DNA from: Chitinophagales bacterium
Lineage (GTDB): Bacteria; Bacteroidota; Bacteroidia; Chitinophagales; BACL12
Reading direction: 5' to 3'
Length of the DNA stretch: 64,000 nucleotides
Assembly: GCA_019694895.1 (NCBI GenBank)
Contig: JAIBBA010000002.1
Coordinates: 5,303 to 69,302 of the forward strand
The translations under genes were made by a program, and so were the position numbers. Positions 7,499-16,863 of this stretch are shown one piece after another. Within the stretch, counting starts at the first letter, position 1, and each line of letters starts with the position of its first letter. The notes under the pieces are model-generated. The model was not told the origin of the DNA. It saw nothing but the letters and a program-made list of their open reading frames with translations, and made no database searches.

Positions 7499-9360
7499 CG
7501 CAATTCGTTTTCAAGTGTACTGATCAATGACGAAGCACTATTGAATGTTAGCTCCAAATCGCTATGTTGAATGTTTGGCGCATACAGTGAAAATTCACAA
7601 GTATCAAGAAGCTGAATAAATTGATCTATTGTTGAAGCGGAAACATGTTTGTTCAATAAGACCTGTTCAATATTTTCTTTTGAAAGGGTATTTTGTGGAA
7701 TATGCAATTTATCGCTCAAATAACCCCACAATGCGCGAACAGTTTCGTCATAAAATCCGCGACTATTATTCTGTTGCAAAAATTTGCCGGCTGCTGCAAG
7801 GCGTTTTTTAGCTGTGGCATTCGCTTTTACTGCTCGCATGGCGCCAACATCGCTCATTTTCGCTTTTTGCCGCCTTGTGAAAACAAATAATCCCGCTCCT
7901 CCGATGGCAGGTGTGAGAATCAATGCCAGCAGAAATCCGCTTTTCATATCCTTGGTTCCGGAGGAAAATTTTGGACTATCCTTATCGATGTACCGAATGT
8001 CTTTCCCCAACAATTCTACGTCTTCCTTATTCGCTGCGTAATTATTTGCTGATGGATTATAACCCGGGCCGGCAGTTACCTTTACAGGATATGCATCTGT
8101 TTGCAAAGTCTGATATTTTTTTACTGAAGGATCGAAGTACGACCATGTAAACGCCGGAATGGTAAAATCTCCGGGAGAACGGGGAATCAATAAATATTCG
8201 AATATTTTGGTGCCTGAAGATTCACTTACTTTCGGGTCGTATGTTTCCCATCCTGCAGGAAGGTCTAATTCTGGAGCATTGAATAATTGCAAATTACCTG
8301 TCCCGTTAATTGTAATGCGGTAGGTGAGTGGTTCATCAGTTTTTGTAGAGGTGCTATTGATTTGCGAACTCATGGTGAATTTGCCTACAGCCCCATTAAA
8401 ATCTGCAGGTGCATTTGCCGGAAGAGGCTTGATTTTAATACCTGTTGTTTTAGAGCTTAATGAAGCTGTGAACTCTCTGCTGCCACTGGAAAAAGGGTCG
8501 CTGAAGAAATCATTCAGCATATCCTGAAATGGATCACCCGAATTTTTCTTTTGTTTTTTTACCCGAACAACAACACCTGCATCTAATGAAGTCGGATCAA
8601 TCACTAAATTCCCCGATTGTTGTGGAGTAAGTGTTGTTTTTTTAATGATAACAGTTTTATAGTTCTTACCATTGATGTTCTCTGCCTTAAATTGTTCGTT
8701 TCTTAAATCGGCATCCTCTACATAAAAACCATCGTAAGCAGGCGTTTTGGTAATGCGATATCCATTTAACCCTGCTATTGTACCGTCATCAGGTATGCAA
8801 AGTTTCAGCACCACTGTAAAGCTTTCTCCTTCGTAAACATCTTGATCGCTGATCTCTGTTTTAATGAGGAGATTTTCACGCAAATATTGCTCAATGTCGC
8901 CGGAAGCTGATCCGGATGATCCATTATTGCTCCCTGAATTATTATTCTGTGCACCCGCAGTTGCCGGCGGCGCATCTGTTACTTCGATTACTATGGGTTG
9001 CGATGAATAGGTTTTATCCTTCACTTTAATATAAGCAGCGCCGATTTGAAATTTTCCGGTTTTCTTGGGCTGCAGAATATAAGAGAAACTCATCGACTGT
9101 TGCACCGTATTATTAAACATCTGAACACTGGTCGATTGATTTGGCCCTCCAAGTACAGTAAAATCGGTGAAAGAAGGCGGGCGGAAATTTTCAGGATTGC
9201 TGCCATTGTTCAGTGTGATAATAAACTGAAAACGCTCATTCACACTCACCTTGTTTTTATTTACCGTGGCAGTGAATGACACCTGTGCATGCAAAGATTC
9301 AGGCAATATACATGCCATAGTGACTAAACACATGAATATCAGCACATTACAACGTCTCAT
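7495..9360 (-). CDS. batD: BatD (oxygen-tolerance) protein, 621 aa
   Basis: Signal peptide, repeated Ig-like BatD modules (VNKNKVSVNERFQFIITLNNG...), a C-terminal TM segment and a cytoplasmic helical tail. Its position between batC and batE supports the call. Confidence 0.85.
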   Translation of the reverse strand: MRRCNVLIFMCLVTMACILPESLHAQVSFTATVNKNKVSVNERFQFIITLNNGSNPENFRPPSFTDFTVLGGPNQSTSVQMFNNTVQQSMSFSYILQPKKTGKFQIGAAYIKVKDKTYSSQPIVIEVTDAPPATAGAQNNNSGSNNGSSGSASGDIEQYLRENLLIKTEISDQDVYEGESFTVVLKLCIPDDGTIAGLNGYRITKTPAYDGFYVEDADLRNEQFKAENINGKNYKTVIIKKTTLTPQQSGNLVIDPTSLDAGVVVRVKKQKKNSGDPFQDMLNDFFSDPFSSGSREFTASLSSKTTGIKIKPLPANAPADFNGAVGKFTMSSQINSTSTKTDEPLTYRITINGTGNLQLFNAPELDLPAGWETYDPKVSESSGTKIFEYLLIPRSPGDFTIPAFTWSYFDPSVKKYQTLQTDAYPVKVTAGPGYNPSANNYAANKEDVELLGKDIRYIDKDSPKFSSGTKDMKSGFLLALILTPAIGGAGLFVFTRRQKAKMSDVGAMRAVKANATAKKRLAAAGKFLQQNNSRGFYDETVRALWGYLSDKLHIPQNTLSKENIEQVLLNKHVSASTIDQFIQLLDTCEFSLYAPNIQHSDLELTFNSASSLISTLENELR

Positions 9361-10055
9361 TACCAGTCTTTTTCAGGGTCCCCTCCCGCGGGGCGGGCTT
9401 TTTGTTTGTTCACTTTATCTTGCACAGCTTTATCGTCTTCATTCAGCGATTTTAATATCCTGTCGAGATCTTTTTTGTCAGGCGTATTAGGCTCAGGTTG
9501 TTTATCCTGATTGTTGTTTTGCGGATTGTTATCCTGTTGCTGCTGCTTTTGCTTCTGCTGTTGTTGCTGTTGTTGTTTTTGTTGATCTTGTTTCTGCTGT
9601 TGTTGCTGTTGTTGTTTTTTCAGCATTTGTTGTGCATACGACAGGTTGTATTTTGTATCGGCATCTTCAGGCTTATCGCGCAACGATTTTTTATAGGCAT
9701 CGATACTTCCCGAGTAATCTTTTTTTTCAAGTAAGGTATTTCCAAGGTTATGATATGCCTGTGAACGAATTTCAGGGTCTTTAGTTCCTTCGGCGGCTTT
9801 ACTGAACTGTTCGGCTGCTGCATCATATTGTTGCTGCATATACAAGCTGTTGCCAAGATTGAAGTTTCCTTCTACCGATTCCGGTGAGGCTTTTACGGCT
9901 TCCTGATAATTTTCACGGGCACCATCGTAATCTTGCTTATCGTATTTGGCATTGCCTTCCTTGATAAGTTCATTGGCATTTTGTGCAGTAAGCGTCCGCA
10001 CGGCAAAAATGAATGCTATTGCCAACAGGTGTTTGATATTATTTTTTTTCATCAT
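9360..10055 (-). CDS. batC: BatC-like TPR protein with a poly-Gln tail, 231 aa from the ATG at 10055
   Basis: Signal/TM segment followed by TPRs (GNAKYDKQDYDGARENYQEAVKA; NLGNSLYMQQQYDAAAEQF). The listed start at 10067 is a TTG, while ATG codons occur at 10055 and 10052. The stop overlaps the batD ATG (TAATG). Confidence 0.8.
   Translation of the reverse strand: MMKKNNIKHLLAIAFIFAVRTLTAQNANELIKEGNAKYDKQDYDGARENYQEAVKASPESVEGNFNLGNSLYMQQQYDAAAEQFSKAAEGTKDPEIRSQAYHNLGNTLLEKKDYSGSIDAYKKSLRDKPEDADTKYNLSYAQQMLKKQQQQQQQKQDQQKQQQQQQQKQKQQQQDNNPQNNNQDKQPEPNTPDKKDLDRILKSLNEDDKAVQDKVNKQKARPAGGDPEKDW
9498..9632. repeat. CAG/CAA triplet-repeat tract encoding the poly-Gln/Lys/Asn segment of BatC
   Basis: The plus strand is runs of CTG/TTG (ctgttgctgctgcttttgcttctgctgttgttgctg...). 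It translates on the minus strand as QQMLKKQQQQQQQKQDQQKQQQQQQQKQKQQQQDNNPQNNNQ. Confidence 0.9.
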
Positions 10056-11088
10056 CAAACAAATCAATTTTTTCTACCCACTTCGGTTTTTTATCGGTCA
10101 TGAGGAATTCCAAAATTAACAGGAACAAGCCAATTCCCAGAAATAATTGGAAGTGGTTGACGTATTCAGTAAATTCAAAATCGCCATCAACAGTCTTATC
10201 GAGCTCATCAATGGTTTTATATACTTCTTGTATAACTCTTTTTCCTTCGGCAAGGTTCATGTAAACGCCATCTGCATCTGTAGCCAGATCGTTTAACATT
10301 TGTTCATTGAGTTTGGTAAGTACAATATTGCCTGAGCGATCTTTCTTAAACCCTTCAATATTATTATTCTTACGTAGCGGAATCGGACCACCTGTGGATG
10401 TGCCTACACCCAGCGTAATGATTTTAATTCCTTCCGAAGCGGCTTTTTTTGCCATCTCTTCTGCATTGTCGTCATGGCTCTCGCCGTCGGTAATGATGAT
10501 GATGGCGCGACCCTTTTTATCATCTTTCTCCCCACCATTTTCGAACGAGAGCATGGCGGTTTCAATTGCACTTCCGATAGCAGTGCCTTGCGTAGGAACA
10601 CTTGTTGTGTTGATGGTGTTCAAATACATCATGGCAGCACGTGCATCTCTGGTTAAAGGCATTTGCACATAACTGTTACCTGCAAACACTACCAGACCAA
10701 CTTTATTTGCGGCAAGTTTTTCAATGAGTTCCGAAGCGGTGAATTTTGCCTGTGTAAGGCGGTTTGGTTTCACATCCTCAGCCAGCATGCTGTTCGAAAC
10801 ATCAAAACAAATAACCACCTCGGCACTTTCACCACTTACCTTTTGTTCTTTAGATCCCTGACGAAGATTGGCAATGCCTAAAATGAGAAAAGCAATACCC
10901 AATAATTGAAGACTATATTTTATCCATCTCCTTTTATCGGAATCGCGGAACATTAGGTCGCGAATCAATTCACTATCACCGATCTTTCTGATCCTTGCCG
11001 TACGCCACCTCAAATACCACCAATACATCAGCAGCAATGCAGGAAGCAATATGAGTAGATATAATATGTCGGGACGTTCGAATGACAT
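10039..11088 (-). CDS. batB: BatB, VWA-domain membrane protein, 349 aa
   Basis: MSFERPDILYLLILLPALL N-terminus, VWA MIDAS motif (ICFDVSNSM) and a C-terminal TM segment. I chose the ATG at 11088 because it overlaps the batA stop (TAATG); the longer ORF to 11166 would run into batA. Confidence 0.88.
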   Translation of the reverse strand: MSFERPDILYLLILLPALLLMYWWYLRWRTARIRKIGDSELIRDLMFRDSDKRRWIKYSLQLLGIAFLILGIANLRQGSKEQKVSGESAEVVICFDVSNSMLAEDVKPNRLTQAKFTASELIEKLAANKVGLVVFAGNSYVQMPLTRDARAAMMYLNTINTTSVPTQGTAIGSAIETAMLSFENGGEKDDKKGRAIIIITDGESHDDNAEEMAKKAASEGIKIITLGVGTSTGGPIPLRKNNNIEGFKKDRSGNIVLTKLNEQMLNDLATDADGVYMNLAEGKRVIQEVYKTIDELDKTVDGDFEFTEYVNHFQLFLGIGLFLLILEFLMTDKKPKWVEKIDLFDDEKK

Positions 11089-12095
11089 TATGTTAGTGTG
11101 CGGAATATTGTTTTTGAAAGTATCACCTCTAGTAAAATACAAATTAACCCGCCTACTGCAAACCAATAAAAATGTTCATCGTAACGGCGCGAGATATCCA
11201 TTGAAAATTTGGTTTTTTCTATTTTATCGATCTGTTGATAGATATCCGTTAATTTTTCTTTTGAATCAGCTTCGAAATAGGAGCCACCTGTAATCGACGC
11301 CACATTTTTTAGCATTGGCGCATCAAAGGAAATTCGCGGATCAAGATCAAAAATATGTCTACCGTTTTTATCGAACACCGGTATCGGACTGTTAGTATTT
11401 GTGCCGATGCCAATGGTATACACGCGCATGTTCAATTCCTTTGCACCATTGGCAGCATCAAGTGGCGAAAATTTACCTCCTACACGCACACCATCAGTAA
11501 GTAAGATGATCACTTTCTGAGAAATATTGGTTGAATCCGCCAGGCGATTTACTGCCATGAATAATCCGTCGCCAATTGCCGTGCCGTCTTTCAAATAATA
11601 ATTGTCGGCATTGTCAACTTGCTCCTTCAATAAATTGTGATCGAGTGTTGAAGGACATTGTGTAAACGCCTCGCCTGCAAATACCACTAAACCGATTCTG
11701 TCGTTTGGCCTGCTGTCGATAAATTCTTTTGCTGCTGTTTTTGCAGCCTCCATTCTGTTTGGCTTGAAATCAATGGCATACATACTTGGCGATACGTCCA
11801 ATGCCAGCATAATATCAATTCCGTTTGAATACATTCTGCTGTTACTGTAACTTGTTTGTGGACGAGCCATGGCAATCACGATAAGCGCAAAGGCAAGCAA
11901 ACGCAATATTAAAAGCACAGACATAAATTTTGCTTTTCCTTGCGGAGCTTTTGGTATGCCGCTTGTGGTAGACATACGCATGGCAACAAATTTCCTGCGC
12001 TCTATTTTTGACCTGAAATATACATATACCGGAATACCTGCCAGTAACAGAAGAAACCAAGGGTCGGCAAATTGTATGTCGCTCAAAAAGCTCAT
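11088..12095 (-). CDS. batA: BatA, VWA-domain membrane protein, 335 aa
   Basis: FADPWFLLLLAGIPV N-terminus, MIDAS DxSxS (LALDVSPSM) and a C-terminal TM segment. Confidence 0.9.
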   Translation of the reverse strand: MSFLSDIQFADPWFLLLLAGIPVYVYFRSKIERRKFVAMRMSTTSGIPKAPQGKAKFMSVLLILRLLAFALIVIAMARPQTSYSNSRMYSNGIDIMLALDVSPSMYAIDFKPNRMEAAKTAAKEFIDSRPNDRIGLVVFAGEAFTQCPSTLDHNLLKEQVDNADNYYLKDGTAIGDGLFMAVNRLADSTNISQKVIILLTDGVRVGGKFSPLDAANGAKELNMRVYTIGIGTNTNSPIPVFDKNGRHIFDLDPRISFDAPMLKNVASITGGSYFEADSKEKLTDIYQQIDKIEKTKFSMDISRRYDEHFYWFAVGGLICILLEVILSKTIFRTLT

Positions 12096-13024
12096 TCCTG
12101 TTTCGGTGTTTCAGTAATTATTTCGCGTGTTTGTTCAATGAAGTTGAGCACATGATCGAATGCTCGTGTATTTTCATCAGCAAGCGGCTGTGACTTCGCA
12201 AATTTTGCCATATCTGCAAGATTAAGCAGATACCTGATATTAGAGGCATGTGCCCTTGTGTCGGGATGTCTTTCCAATTGCTCAACTATTTCATCACTGG
12301 TGCTTTCATGTGCATGCATGTGATAGCGCTCTTCTAAATAATCGCGCAAGATATCAGTCAGCTCTGAATAATAGGTTTTCAACTGACCTTTCTGCCATAG
12401 TTGTTTGCTTTGCAATTGTTGAAGGCGTTCCGTCATACGCTCATGCAATGATTTTAGTGGAACGGGTACAGCAATGGGTCCGATATTTTTCCTGCGCAGG
12501 AAAAAATACCAAATCAATCCACCTATTATAATTAATCCTGTAATTATTCCTACCCAAAGTATCCATTTATGATTGCGTAGCGTAACATCTAACACCGATT
12601 TTATTGGTTTGATGGCAAGTGTAGTGTCAACGGCAATTGCTTCAATATGCAAGGGAATAGAATCAGTGAGTATTTGATGTTGAGCGGTATCACTTGTAGA
12701 CTGGTAATTAATTGCTACCTGCGGAAAATATACATCGCCTCCTTCGTAGATACTGTAAATGATATGCTTTGTCAGGATGACACGGTCGTCGCTGCGCTGT
12801 GTATCTATCGGCATGCTGCTGATGATGTCGTAGGTGCTGATTGTGGTTTCATCAGGAAAATAATATTTAAAGGATGCCGGCCCGCTTATGGTAATATCTA
12901 CAGAAATATAATCGCCAATGCTATATGAAGGTTTGTCGGTATTAGCATGAGCAGATATTATCTGACCCTGAAGTTGATTACAGGTAATTATTATCAATAA
13001 TATGACAATTAATTTCTTCATCAT
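12092..13024 (-). CDS. DUF4381-like membrane protein with an extra N-terminal BatD-like extracytoplasmic domain, 310 aa
   Basis: Signal peptide, an Ig-like region (KPSYSIGDYISVDITISGPA), a single TM segment (WILWVGIITGLIIIGGLIWYFF) and a helical tail with LADMAKFAK. It occupies the conserved slot between DUF58 and batA. Confidence 0.7.
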   Translation of the reverse strand: MMKKLIVILLIIITCNQLQGQIISAHANTDKPSYSIGDYISVDITISGPASFKYYFPDETTISTYDIISSMPIDTQRSDDRVILTKHIIYSIYEGGDVYFPQVAINYQSTSDTAQHQILTDSIPLHIEAIAVDTTLAIKPIKSVLDVTLRNHKWILWVGIITGLIIIGGLIWYFFLRRKNIGPIAVPVPLKSLHERMTERLQQLQSKQLWQKGQLKTYYSELTDILRDYLEERYHMHAHESTSDEIVEQLERHPDTRAHASNIRYLLNLADMAKFAKSQPLADENTRAFDHVLNFIEQTREIITETPKQE

Positions 13025-13900
13025 TTATCGCATGCTGATTCTTTTCTTAAAAAAGGCGTGTAGTGCATTGATATACGATAATTCACTGTGTATAGAAATG
13101 GTATCAGCCCCACTGCGCAAAAAGGTGTTTTTGAAATACTGCAGATTGGTGTTGAAGTATTTCTTATAGGAAGCGCGAACAGTTTTATTTGAACTGTCTA
13201 CCCATTGAATATTGCGTGATTCCGGGTCAAACATGCGAATAATGCCGGCGTACGGAAGATCTTCTTCGCGCTTGTCGTGAATATGTACACCTATTACATC
13301 ATGTTTTCTCGCCGCCACCATCAATGGCTTCTCATAATGCATATCGAAAAAGTCGCTGAACATAAATGCGATACTCTTTTTCTTCACCACATTATTGAAA
13401 TATTCCAATGCCAGTGCAATATCCGTTCCTGAGCCTTCAGCTTTTACTTCTAACAGGTCGCTGATGATACGAAGTATATGTGACTTTCCTTTTTTTGGTG
13501 GGATGAATTTTTCTATTCTGTCTGAAAATAATATCACCCCAACCTTATCATTGTTATTGATGGCAGAAAAACTGAGTACCGCAGCAATCTCGGTGATCAG
13601 CGCTTTTTTTGTTTGCTTCTGTGTGCCGAATAAAGAAGATGCACTGATATCAATCAGCAACATCACCGTTAATTCGCGTTCCTCTTCAAATATTTTAATG
13701 TAAGGATGGTTCATGCGAGCGGTAACATTCCATTCAATATTGCGAATGTCGTCGCCATAAGCATATTCGCGCACTTCACTGAAACTCATACCTCTACCCT
13801 TGAAGGCAGAATGATATTCGCCGCTAAAGATATTCTGCGAGATCCCTTTTGTTTTGATCTCGATGAGTCTTACCTTTTTTAATAAAGTTGCTTTATCCAT
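13025..13900 (-). CDS. DUF58 domain protein (MoxR-associated, VWA-like), 291 aa
   Basis: Hallmark GEYHSAFKGRGMSFSEVREYAYGDDIRNIEWNVTAR. It lies immediately downstream of moxR. Confidence 0.9.
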   Translation of the reverse strand: MDKATLLKKVRLIEIKTKGISQNIFSGEYHSAFKGRGMSFSEVREYAYGDDIRNIEWNVTARMNHPYIKIFEEERELTVMLLIDISASSLFGTQKQTKKALITEIAAVLSFSAINNNDKVGVILFSDRIEKFIPPKKGKSHILRIISDLLEVKAEGSGTDIALALEYFNNVVKKKSIAFMFSDFFDMHYEKPLMVAARKHDVIGVHIHDKREEDLPYAGIIRMFDPESRNIQWVDSSNKTVRASYKKYFNTNLQYFKNTFLRSGADTISIHSELSYINALHAFFKKRISMR

Positions 13901-13933
13901 CCGCTTTAGATCAACGTTTCTTTGTGGTGATCA

Positions 13934-14935
13934 TTAAGGCACCTCCACTACATTGAGCAATTCAGATATGATTTGTTCTGCCGTTATATTTTCAGCCTCG
14001 GCTTCATATGTCAATCCGATGCGGTGACGCATTACATCGCGACAAACAGCACGCACATCTTCAGGAATTACATATCCGCGTCGCTTGATAAATGCATAAG
14101 CCTTGCTTGCGAGAGCCAGATTGATTGACGCGCGTGGTGACCCACCATATGCAATCAAATGTTTCAGCTTACCAAGTTTATATGCTTCCGGATCGCGCGT
14201 TGCAAATACAATATCGAGAATATAGTTTTCTATTTTCTCATCCATATATACTTCGCGCACCAGGTCTCTTGCTTTCAGAATGTCTTCAGGTTTTACAACT
14301 TGTTTAATTTGTTGTATGGCACCGCTCACGTTCTGACGAATGATCATTTTTTCTTCCTCTTTTTCAGGATAGTGTATCACTACTTTCAGCATAAAACGGT
14401 CTACCTGTGCTTCAGGAAGCGGATAGGTTCCTTCCTGTTCTATCGGATTCTGTGTAGCCAGTACCAAAAATGGTTCTTCCAGTTTGTACGTATGCTCGCC
14501 AATAGTAACCTGACGTTCCTGCATCGCCTCGAGTAATGCACTCTGCACTTTTGCCGGAGCACGGTTGATCTCGTCGGCCAAAATAAAATTAGCGAAAATA
14601 GGACCCTTCTTTACACTGAAGTTGTTGTCCTTCTGATTATAAATCATCGTACCGATCAAATCGGCAGGTAACAGGTCGGGTGTAAATTGTATGCGCGAAA
14701 ACTTTGCATTCACCGCCGATGACAATGATTTAATGGCTAAAGTTTTTGCAAGTCCCGGAACTCCTTCCAGTAAAATATGTCCTTGAGATAATAATCCGAG
14801 TAACAAGCGGTCAATCATATACTTCTGACCAACAATTGCTTTGGAGGTTTCCATCCTCAGCAGGTCAATAAAAGCACTTTCCTGATGTATTCGCTCATTC
14901 AACTCCCGGATATCGGTTGATATCACTGCATCCAT
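13934..14935 (-). CDS. moxR: MoxR-family AAA+ ATPase, 333 aa
   Basis: Walker A GVPGLAKT, Walker B ILADEINRA, and the C-terminal lid GGSPRASINLALASKAYAF. Confidence 0.95.
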   Translation of the reverse strand: MDAVISTDIRELNERIHQESAFIDLLRMETSKAIVGQKYMIDRLLLGLLSQGHILLEGVPGLAKTLAIKSLSSAVNAKFSRIQFTPDLLPADLIGTMIYNQKDNNFSVKKGPIFANFILADEINRAPAKVQSALLEAMQERQVTIGEHTYKLEEPFLVLATQNPIEQEGTYPLPEAQVDRFMLKVVIHYPEKEEEKMIIRQNVSGAIQQIKQVVKPEDILKARDLVREVYMDEKIENYILDIVFATRDPEAYKLGKLKHLIAYGGSPRASINLALASKAYAFIKRRGYVIPEDVRAVCRDVMRHRIGLTYEAEAENITAEQIISELLNVVEVP

Positions 14936-15110
14936 AATAAGTAGGTTTGGTCTCGTAGAAGAAAACGGGTGACAAAATTATATTATATAAACAAGTTGAA
15001 ACGTGTGTACATTTGACCTGCAAAGTTAAAAAAGGTTAAGGTCCGTATAACTCTTGTTAAGTGGGTTACAAACCTTGATTTTCAATAATTTCCAATAAAC
15101 TGAACACTAC

Positions 15111-15509
15111 ATGACAGATTTCATTTCCATTGAGGCAACATTAGGTGCCGAAAACTATAAAACAAGCATGCACAACGGCAGAAGCACGGTGTTTTGCGAT
15201 GAACCCGCTGATAAAGGCGGAAAAGACAGTGCTCCTGCACCGCGGGAATTGTTGTGTATGAGCCTGGCCGCCTGCACCGCTATCACCTTGCGCATGTATG
15301 CTGAAAGGAAAAACTGGGCATTGGGTAATATCGATGTGCAAGTCACGCTTTCAGAAGGAGAAGCAGGCAAACAGGTCTTCAACAGAACCATCAAGCCTGA
15401 ACATAAGCAAGATCAGGCTATTTATGATCGCCTGCTGATGGTTGCAGATAAATGTCCGGTTCACAAATTGCTTGCCGGCACAAATGAAATTATAACAACC
15501 ATAGCCTGA
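15111..15509 (+). CDS. OsmC/Ohr-family peroxiredoxin-like protein, 132 aa
   Basis: An OsmC-like pattern with two conserved Cys contexts (ELLCMSLAACTAITL ... ADKCPVHKLL). Confidence 0.85.
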   Translation: MTDFISIEATLGAENYKTSMHNGRSTVFCDEPADKGGKDSAPAPRELLCMSLAACTAITLRMYAERKNWALGNIDVQVTLSEGEAGKQVFNRTIKPEHKQDQAIYDRLLMVADKCPVHKLLAGTNEIITTIA

Positions 15510-15877
15510 TGCAAGACATTACAAGTAGAAGCGATGTTGCCAAGATTGTTGTGGAATTTTACAATGATGTGCGCCGCGATGAATTGCTGGCATATATTTT
15601 TAATGATGTGGCGCAGGTTAATTGGGAAACACATACACCGCTTATCATAGATTTCTGGGAATATACCGTTCTGGGAACCGGATCGTATACACGAAATGCT
15701 ATGACACCGCATGTTGCGCTGCATGCAAAATCGCCACTTACTCAAGCGCATTTTGATCGCTGGCTGCAATTATTTCACGCTACAGTTGATAAATATTTTG
15801 CAGGAGAAAATGCCGACCTGATGAAAACCAGGGCTGATGGAATCGCAGGATTGATGCATCACAAATTAAATGGTTGA
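15509..15877 (+). CDS. Group III truncated hemoglobin, 122 aa
   Basis: Family-typical length and motifs (VVEFYNDVRRDELL, IIDFWEYTVLGTGSY, HF(D)RWLQLFHATV). The ATG overlaps the osmC TGA (TGATG at 15507-15511). Confidence 0.8.
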   Translation: MQDITSRSDVAKIVVEFYNDVRRDELLAYIFNDVAQVNWETHTPLIIDFWEYTVLGTGSYTRNAMTPHVALHAKSPLTQAHFDRWLQLFHATVDKYFAGENADLMKTRADGIAGLMHHKLNG

Positions 15878-15884
15878 TTGCATT

Positions 15885-16292
15885 TCAACCCGGATACTCT
15901 ACGATATTATTTTCGGTTTCGTATAGTGTCACCTTTAGCTCAAGATCTGCTGCCAGTGCACTTCTCAGCTTTTCGTAGATAATGCGTGCAATATTTTCGG
16001 CAGTAGGATTCAGATTGCGAAAATCGGGCACGTCAAGGTTTAGGTTCTGATGATCCAGAGGCTCTATCACGTATGTGTTGATCAGAATATTGACATCTTT
16101 TAAGTCCATTACATATCCTGTAACCGGATCGACTTCACCTGTAATTTTTACAAATAACGTGTAGTTGTGCCCATGGTAATTCGGGTTGTTACATGCACCA
16201 AAAACCTTGCTGTTGGTAGCATCATCCCATGCAGGATTGTGCAATCTGTGTGCTGCATTAAAAGTTGCTCTTCTTATTACTGATGTCTTCAT
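15885..16292 (-). CDS. 6-carboxytetrahydropterin / 6-pyruvoyl-tetrahydropterin synthase (QueD/PTPS family), 135 aa
   Basis: FNAAHRL, CNNPNYHGHNY (Cys plus HxH zinc/catalytic motif) and a C-terminal LYETENNIVEY. The start was moved to the ATG at 16292 (MKTSVIRRATF). Confidence 0.88.
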   Translation of the reverse strand: MKTSVIRRATFNAAHRLHNPAWDDATNSKVFGACNNPNYHGHNYTLFVKITGEVDPVTGYVMDLKDVNILINTYVIEPLDHQNLNLDVPDFRNLNPTAENIARIIYEKLRSALAADLELKVTLYETENNIVEYPG

Positions 16293-16357
16293 ATGCCTAC
16301 TAACATCCAATATCACACAAAGGTTGCTAAAATCCTTTACATTTGTGCATATTGATT

Positions 16358-16846
16358 ATGCAAGAAAAATCTTCTTTACATGCATTTCAATTTCCTTCCA
16401 TCGATGGCGGTATGATCGATTTTGCGGTGTTTAAAGGAAAGAAAGTGCTTGTGGTAAATACGGCGAGCGATTGTATGTATACCGATCAGTACAAACAATT
16501 GCAGGAATTATCGGTAACCTACCCAAACGAATTGGTGGTGGTAGGCTTTCCGTCGAATGATTTTGGTGAGCAGGAACCCGGAACAAACCGTGAGATAAAA
16601 AATTTCTGTTCATATCGCTATGGCGTCACCTTTCCCCTGGCTTCGAAAAGTCCGGTGATTGGGATGGATGCAAATCCGGTGTTCAAGTGGCTTACAACTG
16701 TTCCGTTTAAGACCGACATGAATAAAACGGTGACATGGAATTTCCAAAAGTTTCTTTGCGATGAAAACGGGGTGCTTATAGAGGTATATCCTCCGGCAGC
16801 TGATCCTATAAACGATGGGCTTTTGGAACATATTAACCCGAATTGA
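16358..16846 (+). CDS. Glutathione peroxidase family protein (Cys type), 162 aa
   Basis: GKKVLVVNTASDC(M)YT active-site context, FPSNDFGEQEPG and WNFQKFL. Confidence 0.88.
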   Translation: MQEKSSLHAFQFPSIDGGMIDFAVFKGKKVLVVNTASDCMYTDQYKQLQELSVTYPNELVVVGFPSNDFGEQEPGTNREIKNFCSYRYGVTFPLASKSPVIGMDANPVFKWLTTVPFKTDMNKTVTWNFQKFLCDENGVLIEVYPPAADPINDGLLEHINPN

Positions 16847-16863
16847 TAACATAAAATCTTCGG

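Noticed and set aside
10039-11166. N-terminal extensions in the ORF track for batB, and likewise for 40159, 26028, 23325, 42475, 44135, 47125, 37453, 63135 and 16316.
   Set aside because: The extensions overlap upstream genes or start at TTG/GTG. Internal ATGs give canonical signal peptides or family N-termini, often with stop/start coupling, so the shorter coordinates were used.
14936-15110. Looked for sigma-54 type promoters (TGGCAC-N5-TTGC) in this and the other intergenic regions, because rpoN is encoded in the window.
   Set aside because: No convincing match was seen by eye in any intergenic spacer. Only partial TAnnTTTG-type boxes (15008-15015 plus strand; 15021-15028 minus strand) were found, and these lack properly spaced -33 elements.
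16358-16846. Checked whether the glutathione peroxidase uses selenocysteine (an in-frame TGA).
   Set aside because: The active-site position is an ordinary Cys codon (TASDCMYT), the ORF is uninterrupted, and no SECIS-like element is required.
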